DNA of 64,000 bases from an uncultured Candidatus Poseidoniales archaeon (lineage in GTDB: Archaea > Thermoplasmatota > Poseidoniia > Poseidoniales > Thalassarchaeaceae). Shown here in pieces: positions 54,349-64,000 of the stretch. Numbering within the stretch: position 1 is the first letter of the stretch; every line of letters starts with the position of its first letter. The stretch covers positions 120,574 to 184,573 of the forward strand of contig CAWVWT010000001.1 in NCBI GenBank assembly GCA_963934015.1, in the 5' to 3' direction. The notes beneath the pieces are model-generated. The model ran no database searches and was not told where the DNA came from. It saw only the letters and a program-made list of their open reading frames with translations. A program made the translations under genes and the position numbers.

Positions 54349-55146
54349 TTATTCGTATTCTAGAACGCTCCAAGCGGTTCGTAAGTCATTGATGTTGACC
54401 TGTCCTTGCTTGACCAGAGAATAATCTCGGTCAAGGGTAGTGTAAACCAGCGCCTGTTTGAGTAGAGGGGCGTGGATTCGCGTCCAATCCCCACCAGGGC
54501 CTGTGCCCATCAGTGCGACCTTAGTATCTCCACCAGAAAGAAGGTGGGCGGCCTCAAAGATGTGTAAGCTATGAGCATGCTGAACCCTCTGATAGCAACA
54601 CTTTATGATTGAACCTGCCTCAGAATTGGCATTGACGAAATCGACAATTTCTTTGGATGAAGATACAGCGGGTTGGTGACTAGACGCGATGATTTGAGTT
54701 GCGTCACCACAGGCCTTAACCAAGGCCTTGCGAGCCTTTGCAGCCATGGAAATTTCAATGTCAATCCACGACACCCCACTTTCTATTGCAGTATTTAATA
54801 TCGCCACACGGGTATCCTCATCACCATGGAAGAAGCCATCTTCAGCAGTAGAACGGCAAGTGAAAATAACTGGGATTTGGATACCATCTTTGAGGTTTTT
54901 AATCGATGACTCGACATCGATGTCGTCGACGGGTCGATTTTCCATAATTGGAGGTTGCTTTTCGGTAGACTCTTCACCATTTGCCTTCTTGATGATGATA
55001 GGTTCGACTTCGATTCGAGTGACATAGAGGTTGTCGAAGCGAACCTCGACAATATCGGCACCAGCTGCTGTCGCTCTGCTAGCATCTCGAATCATGTCAC
55101 CTACGCTGTGACCACGCAAGGAAACGCAGATGTCTGGCTCTGTCAT
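54349..55146 (-). CDS. aroD: Type I 3-dehydroquinate dehydratase
   Basis: ICVSL, ADIVEVRFD, PVIFTCRSTAEDG, WIDIE, IIASSH, IIK, ALMG..G.WTRI, GQV. Start ATG 55146. Confidence 0.85.
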   Translation of the reverse strand: MTEPDICVSLRGHSVGDMIRDASRATAAGADIVEVRFDNLYVTRIEVEPIIIKKANGEESTEKQPPIMENRPVDDIDVESSIKNLKDGIQIPVIFTCRSTAEDGFFHGDEDTRVAILNTAIESGVSWIDIEISMAAKARKALVKACGDATQIIASSHQPAVSSSKEIVDFVNANSEAGSIIKCCYQRVQHAHSLHIFEAAHLLSGGDTKVALMGTGPGGDWTRIHAPLLKQALVYTTLDRDYSLVKQGQVNINDLRTAWSVLEYE

Positions 55147-55344
55147 CGACGCGGGGACCCACACACCCTGTTTAATCATATTGCGACCACACCGCACATA
55201 CACTTACCATAATTATCGCACCCGATATCCCCTCCTTGGATCAAGTGATTTGATGTATTTTAGCGGCGCAATAAAGGTGCTAAAATGGGGCGATTATCGG
55301 TGCATTAAGCGAATCATTCAATAACCTCGGCGGGCCACAAATGA

Positions 55345-57396
<2,052 letters not shown>

Positions 57397-57405
57397 GGTG
57401 ATTTG

Positions 57406-60138
57406 ATGAGCGATGAAGAATTACCAGCAAACCCAACCGACAATCAAGTTCGACACACAGTCGACCAAGAAATGCAAACGTCATACATTAACTATGCAAT
57501 GTCTGTGATTATTGGACGTGCACTGCCTGAAGTTCGTGATGGATTGAAACCAGTTCACCGCCGCGTTTTATTTGGCATGTACGAAGCAGGACATACATCT
57601 GACCGCTCGTACTCCAAATCAGCCCGCTCAGTGGGTGAAGTCATGGGTAAGTTTCACCCGCATGGTGACCAATCCATCTACGACACAATGGTTCGCATGG
57701 CTCAAGATTTCAGTTTGCGATATCCATTGATTGATGGGCAGGGGAATTTCGGAAGTATCGATGGTGACAAGGCAGCTGCCATGCGCTACACTGAAAGTCG
57801 ACTCGATCGCTTGGCTAAGCACATGTTGGATGACATCAAGAAAGATACTGTCGATTTTCAACCGAACTTTGATGATTCAGAACAAGAACCCCAGGTATTA
57901 CCAGCTCGATTGCCTAACCTACTCCTCAATGGAAGCGATGGGATTGCTGTTGGTATGGCGACAAAAATTCCACCACATAATCTCACGGAAGTGGCTGCTG
58001 CAGTCCATTTACACGTCGGTAGGATTATGGAAGAGGGTGAAGAAAACGGAGACCCTGAAAACCCACCTGCAATCGATGTGGGCGAATATATGCAACATAT
58101 GAAGGGCCCCGATTTCCCCACAGGTGCAACCATCCATGGCATTGATGGAATTCGCGACATGTATGAAACTGGACATGGCCGATTCCATGTTCGGGCTCAT
58201 TGCGAAGTGTTCGACGATGACAAAGGAAAACGTATTGTTGTTCACGAAATCCCCTACCAAGTGAAAAAAGCAGGGATGCTAATAGCCATCGCTGACCTGG
58301 TGAGAAAGGAAACCGTCAAGGGAATCCGAGATATTCGGGATGAATCGAGTAAAGAGGGTATTCGCGTAGTCATAGAAATCAAACAGAATGCAGACCCACA
58401 TGCCGTACTGAATCAATTGTATCGCTCTAGTCGCCTCCAAGAATCATACTCTGCCAACATGATGGGAATCATCAACAAACAACCAGTCCAACTGACACTC
58501 CCTGTGATACTGCATGCATACGTGCGACATCGGGAAGAAGTCATTCGGCGCCGCACACAATTTGATCTTGCAAAGGCCGAGGCACGCGCACATATTCTTG
58601 AAGGGCTTGTCAAGGCAAAAACACGTATTGACGATGTTATAACTGCTGGCAAGGGTGCTGATAGTCGTGAACATTTCGAGCAAGTATTACGTGGTGACGT
58701 CAAATTTGGAAAAATAGCAGTCTTTGATTTCTCTGAACCACAGGCCAAAGCAATTGCAGAACGTCGACTCTACCAACTATCAAAGGTGGATACCAAGAAG
58801 GTCGATGATGAATTCAACGAACTCAAAACTGACATTGCTGAATACAACTCGATTCTAGCAAGTCGGAGTCGACAACTGGATATCCTGTTAACCGAATTGG
58901 ATGAAATGGTCGAGAAGCATGGTGATGAACGCCGTACTAATGTCGACCCAATGCCACTTTCAATGGACCGTGAAGATCTGGTTGAAGAACGCGCAATCGT
59001 CATATCTCTTTCTGAAGACAATTACATCCGTCACCTTCCGGTTGAAGCATTCCGTGTCCAAAACCGTGGCGGTAAAGGTCTCAAAGGAGTCGCTACAAAG
59101 GATGAGGATTTTCCCAAATCGATTCTTACATGCTTCAGTAAAGATCGGCTACTTATTTTCACCGACCAGGGGCGAGTCTACGGTCTAAAGGCATGGGAAA
59201 CCCCGCAAGGAAGTCGACATAGCCGTGGAAGCCATATTCGAAACCTAATCGAGAGATTGCGTGAAGATGAAAAAGTTGTTACAATTCTGCCAATATCCAA
59301 GGATTTACAGGAAAACCCAGATGGGCATTACTTGATATTTGCAACACATGAAGGCATCGTAAAGCGTTCCAAACTTGGAGATTATACCAGAATCAATCGA
59401 AATGGAAAGTACGCATTGAACTTCAAAACTGAAACTGATACACTTGTTGCGGTTCGTGAAGCTACTGATGAAGACCATGTAGTCTTAGTCTCCCGAAATG
59501 GTCGAGCATGCAGATTCAAACCCAGTGAAACGAAGATAAAAGACGACGGAACCACTGTATTTACTGTCAAGGTCCAAGGAAGAGTGACCGCAGGTGTCCG
59601 CGGTATGAGTCTGAAAGAAGGAGATCACGTTGTTGGGATGATTGCCACCTCAAATGAAGAAACACATGTCCTCACACTTTCGAAGTTTGGAATGGCCAAG
59701 CGTAGCCGTCTAGGTGATGGTGATATGCATGATGTGTTGGATGCCAATGGTGAGAAGGTGTGGGATGATCGCACTGGAAAATTCAAGCAAGAACGCGATG
59801 GCTATCGGAAAACCAGTCGGGGTGCGGGTGGTGTTGGTACCATGAAACTGAATGAAGAACCTCGCGATGAAATTGTGCGAGTTCACACCATTCCAGATTT
59901 GGGTGACCAACTATTCCTACTGACTACCAAAGGCATGATGATTCGAGTCAGAGCCGACCAAACAAAAGAGACAACCGGAAAGTCGACCAAAGGCACACGT
60001 GTAATGGAATTGCGTGACCGCGAAAAAGGTGGTTTTGTTGATGAAATTATCTTCTCTGCACGCCTACCTGCCGAACTTATCGATGAAGATGATTCGGAAC
60101 CCGTTTCAGAACCTGTTGTTGATGGCGAAGACGAGTGA
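57406..60138 (+). CDS. gyrA: DNA gyrase subunit A
   Basis: RDGLKPVHRR, FHPHGD, AAMRYTE (catalytic Tyr), GyrA-box QNRGGKG, pinwheel CTD repeats; SD GAGGTGA. Confidence 0.97.
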   Translation: MSDEELPANPTDNQVRHTVDQEMQTSYINYAMSVIIGRALPEVRDGLKPVHRRVLFGMYEAGHTSDRSYSKSARSVGEVMGKFHPHGDQSIYDTMVRMAQDFSLRYPLIDGQGNFGSIDGDKAAAMRYTESRLDRLAKHMLDDIKKDTVDFQPNFDDSEQEPQVLPARLPNLLLNGSDGIAVGMATKIPPHNLTEVAAAVHLHVGRIMEEGEENGDPENPPAIDVGEYMQHMKGPDFPTGATIHGIDGIRDMYETGHGRFHVRAHCEVFDDDKGKRIVVHEIPYQVKKAGMLIAIADLVRKETVKGIRDIRDESSKEGIRVVIEIKQNADPHAVLNQLYRSSRLQESYSANMMGIINKQPVQLTLPVILHAYVRHREEVIRRRTQFDLAKAEARAHILEGLVKAKTRIDDVITAGKGADSREHFEQVLRGDVKFGKIAVFDFSEPQAKAIAERRLYQLSKVDTKKVDDEFNELKTDIAEYNSILASRSRQLDILLTELDEMVEKHGDERRTNVDPMPLSMDREDLVEERAIVISLSEDNYIRHLPVEAFRVQNRGGKGLKGVATKDEDFPKSILTCFSKDRLLIFTDQGRVYGLKAWETPQGSRHSRGSHIRNLIERLREDEKVVTILPISKDLQENPDGHYLIFATHEGIVKRSKLGDYTRINRNGKYALNFKTETDTLVAVREATDEDHVVLVSRNGRACRFKPSETKIKDDGTTVFTVKVQGRVTAGVRGMSLKEGDHVVGMIATSNEETHVLTLSKFGMAKRSRLGDGDMHDVLDANGEKVWDDRTGKFKQERDGYRKTSRGAGGVGTMKLNEEPRDEIVRVHTIPDLGDQLFLLTTKGMMIRVRADQTKETTGKSTKGTRVMELRDREKGGFVDEIIFSARLPAELIDEDDSEPVSEPVVDGEDE

Positions 60139-60183
60139 GTAAACCACTCGGCTTAAATCAAAAATGCAGGTCGTGCGGCTACT

Positions 60184-60270
60184 GCGACGTTCGCATAGCC
60201 TGGCCATCGCGCTGGATTGCTAATCCAGTGGGTTTTACCCTCGGGAGTTCAAATCTCCCACGTCGCGCCA
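60184..60270 (+). tRNA. tRNA-Ser(GCT), CCA encoded
   Basis: Acceptor GCGACGT/ACGTCGC-G-CCA; anticodon arm CTGGA-TT-GCT-AA-TCCAG; long variable arm; T arm GGGAG-TTCAAAT-CTCCC. Confidence 0.92.
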
Positions 60271-63200
60271 TCACTCGAAGAAGTCTTCGAGGTCATCTGC
60301 GAATTCATCTGCGTCTGAAAAACGACGCGCGCGGGCTCGCTTTTTCTTGAGTTTCACTTTCTGTTCCTTGAATTTGTTAATCAACATTGGAATCAGCAGG
60401 ATATTCATAACACCCAATGCAATGCAGACGATTCCAGCTTGCTGGAATGCGCCTGATGCCAGATCATTTTGAAGTCGACCATCCCATGGGTAAGTGCAAG
60501 AACCATCTTCAATCAGTGCATCGGGATTGTGATTTTCTGCAGTTTGATCCCTGCAGCCCTCAACTGGCGGCTGGTTGTGAGGGTAATCCCAGAACATATC
60601 GTCCACTTCAATTCCGATTGCGTTACCATTCCTGACAAGATAATCACTATTCTCAACTGAATCGAATGGGATGAGGACGTAGTAGTAAAATTGCTCAACC
60701 TTAATTGATTCACGTAGGCCACTCTCAGTTTCATTGAACCATGATGTTTCACCTGGGTCACCTTGTAATCCGATTTGTAATGGCTCCATGAAAGTAACAC
60801 TGGGGAGAATGACTTGGGAACGGTAGAGATTCCAAGTAAGTGGGCCCTCGTCATCGACTTCAGGCCAGGTCCAACTTACATGCACTGAATGTCGCTTGGA
60901 ACCCGTACTATTATCGAAGGAGATTGTTGCCGCCATGTCTTCAACAGTGGTTTCAGGATTGGAATTGTCGACACATACTTCGTTGACAATCATACGCTCC
61001 TCAACAGAATCCCATACACCATTGGATACATTTCCGAATCTCCAATCGATCGAACCTGCCCGTGTATGTGACATCACAAGATAAGACAGGCAGGTACCTT
61101 GCTCCCAGAAGTTGGGATCTTGCCAAGATTCAGTATCCCCTGATACATTGGTAACTGAGTAGCCACCAGTCGATGAACTGAAATGTGTTGCAGAATCATA
61201 GGGGAATATGAACCGGAAGACGTCTTTTCTAAAAATCCGCCAACCACCGAAATATGGGTTCTCATAATCTCCTTCATTGTCCCACGTAATTTTTACTTGG
61301 CCATCTTTTTGCAGAATCATTGTTAGATTAGCAGGATTTACTTCAACCGGATTCAGCTCACCGATGATCATGAATGACCCCCCGTTATTCTCTGTCGCCA
61401 TCAAATGAAGAGTTCCATTATTGACGACTGTATAACTTTCTGAGCCACTCAACTCGGTTGTAACAACATCATCCCAACTAGATAGTCGTAACAACTCCAC
61501 AGTTGATTGATCGATTGAGGAGGGGAGGAATTGACCTAAATCCAACCAAGCCTCAATACTGTCAACATTGATGTCAACCCCGTATGGCGAATCCATGGTT
61601 AGGTTAAACAAAACCAACGGTTCCTTGCCTTTGTTATATGCAGCAGGATAGAAAACGCCTGCCGGTGGTAATTGAGGTTCATCAAACACAAGTTCCATGG
61701 AATATGTTGAGATAGAAATACCACTGATGACATGTGGCATCGATTGAATCTCAACTCGGTTGAGAATGCGGATGGGTTGGGTCGCAATCTCTAGGTTTCC
61801 GGCTTCATCTGTAACATAGAGGGTTAGAACCCACTCCCCCATAGGTAGTGTGACATTCGTGACGGCACCATAACCCAATATTTCCATGAAATTCATCCTC
61901 CATGTGTAGTTCAATGGCATCGGTGCCTGTGGATCAACAGCAGCTACAGCGAGTATGCTCTCTCCGGTTTCGTATACAGCGGAGGGACTTGGATTCGCAA
62001 CCGTTGGATTAATGGCTCCAAAGTCAACGATGATGGCCTGTTCAAACCAATTGTCACTTGGTAGTGTGTCGATGTGCCCATCAGTTGTTGTAATCGAAAC
62101 ATTGAGGCTGTAAAGGCCGGTGGAAGCAAAATCAAAGTCACAATTGGTTTCTTCCCCTGGGGTTAATGTCACATCGCAATTATAGGGGCCGGCTGCAAGT
62201 TCACCAGTAGCTAAATTGTAGAGGTTGACTTCAACACGAGATGTTGCAGTGACCCAACCAATGTTGCCTGAAACAACTCGAATGGATTGTTCCCCATACG
62301 GGTATCTGACTAGATATTCGCCCCCTTGTAGAACATACGAGGTGGTACCACGTGCAGGTACGACTTCACGTATCCACACGTCCGTAGTATCATTCACTGT
62401 GATTTCGAAAATGATCATATCATTGTGTGGATTCGAATCCAAAAATGACCCATTCACCCATGCGCGGACTTCAAAGTCTCCAGCAAAGGGTGCAACAAGG
62501 TCAGGCAGTGGGATGGCTGCTGAACTGAAAGTCCCACTATAATCACCTAATTCATGATTATCTTCGGCAACCAGAATTTCAGATACAGTCATATCAACTG
62601 TAAAGCAAATTGTGCCATTTTCAATATCTGTATTGTACTGCCTATTTTGAACCGTTCCATCACCAGTAAATTCCCAATATTCTGTGTAAATTTCACTTCC
62701 ATTGAGGGTTGCTATCACTTGTACTGTATGATCCACCCCATATTCGGAACCGGAGACTGCGATATTCCCTAGAATCTTTGTCGATGTATTGCTAATGCCG
62801 ACCTGAATGTCAAACGGTGAGTGGTAGACACTGGATGTCGTGTCGTAGTGAGTTGCCGTATGAATAATCAATTCACCCGTCCCCTCTGAGTTCCCCATAC
62901 CTGTGTGATTCTTTTCCCAATCAACACAATCCTGCGAGTCGGCAACTAATGGGGTGACCAAATGCATTGACCAATGGCTTGAGAAATTCTGTGTCGCAGG
63001 CCAAGAGCGGCTACGAACATCGAGATTTGCGGGGATTGGGGAATTGCTATTGTAAACGGTTGATGTGTCAACGTCATGTCCATTGACAATTAAATCGACC
63101 AAGTTTTCTTCGATTATGACTGTATATCTAATGTGGTCATTAGTTGGATTATTGTCTTCAATGGCAAAATGGAACATGACTGTGAAAACACCTGAATACG

Positions 63201-63630
63201 TCGCTATATCGTTCGAATCAATGAACCAAAAGAATGAGTGAAATGAAACAATAGCTGAATCTCCATCGACGCCTGAACGATTGAGGTTAGGGGATTGTGC
63301 TGAACTCTCTTTGATGATATGCGGTGTTGGACAGTTCGCAAACCCAGTATAATCTCCTCCGCAAATTTCGAGAGAGATTGTGCGTGCATCGGCGTTGAAA
63401 TCATATTGATTTTCAATTAAAACCGAGGGTGTCCAATCGATGAGGTCGTTCGAGTCAAAATGAATTTCAGGTGTAGGTTCAATGGCTGCTGTGATGGCTA
63501 CATCATCGGTGGCTATACTCGCCTGAACGGGGCTCAAAAATGCCACGAAAGTGCTCAAAATCATGAGGGAAACAAGGGCCCCAGCACGGTGTTGATTACG
63601 CGCCCTACGGGCGCGCTGAACTGAACCCAT
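60271..63630 (-). CDS. Secreted cell-surface protein (CARDB/Ig/FN3-like), paralogue of 33512..36772
   Basis: Signal peptide ...LSPVQA; DNNPTND, DSNPHND, DTLPSDN motifs; YVTDEAGN; VKITWDN, VHVSWTW; GCRDQTAENHNPDALIEDGSC motif; C-terminal TM plus basic tail. Confidence 0.75.
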   Translation of the reverse strand: MGSVQRARRARNQHRAGALVSLMILSTFVAFLSPVQASIATDDVAITAAIEPTPEIHFDSNDLIDWTPSVLIENQYDFNADARTISLEICGGDYTGFANCPTPHIIKESSAQSPNLNRSGVDGDSAIVSFHSFFWFIDSNDIATYSGVFTVMFHFAIEDNNPTNDHIRYTVIIEENLVDLIVNGHDVDTSTVYNSNSPIPANLDVRSRSWPATQNFSSHWSMHLVTPLVADSQDCVDWEKNHTGMGNSEGTGELIIHTATHYDTTSSVYHSPFDIQVGISNTSTKILGNIAVSGSEYGVDHTVQVIATLNGSEIYTEYWEFTGDGTVQNRQYNTDIENGTICFTVDMTVSEILVAEDNHELGDYSGTFSSAAIPLPDLVAPFAGDFEVRAWVNGSFLDSNPHNDMIIFEITVNDTTDVWIREVVPARGTTSYVLQGGEYLVRYPYGEQSIRVVSGNIGWVTATSRVEVNLYNLATGELAAGPYNCDVTLTPGEETNCDFDFASTGLYSLNVSITTTDGHIDTLPSDNWFEQAIIVDFGAINPTVANPSPSAVYETGESILAVAAVDPQAPMPLNYTWRMNFMEILGYGAVTNVTLPMGEWVLTLYVTDEAGNLEIATQPIRILNRVEIQSMPHVISGISISTYSMELVFDEPQLPPAGVFYPAAYNKGKEPLVLFNLTMDSPYGVDINVDSIEAWLDLGQFLPSSIDQSTVELLRLSSWDDVVTTELSGSESYTVVNNGTLHLMATENNGGSFMIIGELNPVEVNPANLTMILQKDGQVKITWDNEGDYENPYFGGWRIFRKDVFRFIFPYDSATHFSSSTGGYSVTNVSGDTESWQDPNFWEQGTCLSYLVMSHTRAGSIDWRFGNVSNGVWDSVEERMIVNEVCVDNSNPETTVEDMAATISFDNSTGSKRHSVHVSWTWPEVDDEGPLTWNLYRSQVILPSVTFMEPLQIGLQGDPGETSWFNETESGLRESIKVEQFYYYVLIPFDSVENSDYLVRNGNAIGIEVDDMFWDYPHNQPPVEGCRDQTAENHNPDALIEDGSCTYPWDGRLQNDLASGAFQQAGIVCIALGVMNILLIPMLINKFKEQKVKLKKKRARARRFSDADEFADDLEDFFE

Positions 63631-63752
63631 TGAACCGACGACCCCAAACGGCCCGTAAATACCCCTCGGCGAACTGACACTGTGTCAGAAGGATTGTGTC
63701 ATGCTAGGAAATGGGCCACAGGGTTGATGGATGCGACCTTTATGGCCACCTG

Positions 63753-64000
63753 ATGATGCGGGGTGGGGGCGAGGTCGCCAGTGCACGAAAAGTGCGTGAT
63801 GAACAAGGGGTGACTGCAGTTGTTGAGTTCCTTTCTGCCTTTGTTCTGTTTCTAGTCATTGTCAGTGCTTTTCTCGCACTCAGCCAACTGAAACTTGGCA
63901 GCAATATCGCCGATGTTGATCGCATGGATCAAATGGCAATTGATGGCCTTGAAAAACTAACCGATTCCAAGGGGCATGTCGTCCTAAGAAATGCAGGTAT
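63753..64000 (+). CDS. Putative pilin-like protein with class III signal peptide, 3'-truncated by the window
   Basis: Not in the ORF track. MMRGGGEVASARKVRDEQG|VTAVVEFLSAFVLFLVIVSAFLALSQL...; open to the window end. Confidence 0.6.
   Translation, partial: MMRGGGEVASARKVRDEQGVTAVVEFLSAFVLFLVIVSAFLALSQLKLGSNIADVDRMDQMAIDGLEKLTDSKGHVVLRNAG

Noticed and set aside
63570..63630. RARRAR as a Tat signal
   Set aside because: Lacks the S/T-R-R-x-F-L context; compatible with a basic Sec n-region.

Overview
Archaeal chromosomal window, most likely from a Marine Group II euryarchaeote (Ca. Poseidoniales). This is inferred from the gene set: PolD small subunit, NOB1, a SAMP/MoaD protein, archaeal type IV pilin N-termini, bacterial-type gyrase, and many acidic secreted proteins with C-terminal membrane anchors. 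Contents: (1) housekeeping genes (pcm-like, CinA/PncC, PolD DP1, tatA, nob1, tmk, aroD, gyrBA) and three tRNAs; (2) a complete alpha-glucan utilisation locus (GH57 amylopullulanase, GH77 MalQ, GT35 GlgP, GH13 amylase, MalK, MalG, and a MalE-MalF fusion); (3) a cell-surface block. The standout is a ~4,600-aa secreted multidomain protein ending in TM helix + short acidic cytoplasmic loop + a complete archaeal prepilin (DDDAA|VSPVIATILLVAITVVL...), i.e. a candidate adhesin-pilin polyprotein. It also carries a domain visibly homologous to the N-terminal DOMON/CBM9-like module of the nearby amylopullulanase. Other notable items: a paralogous pair of ~1,100-aa surface proteins each next to a pilin-bearing gene, a 4-TM membrane-tethered Smr domain protein, a 45-aa Cys-rich ORF missed by the track, and GC-rich short-loop palindromes at gene boundaries. 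No CRISPR array, integrase or transposase was seen. All family calls come from motif recognition by eye; no database searches were run.
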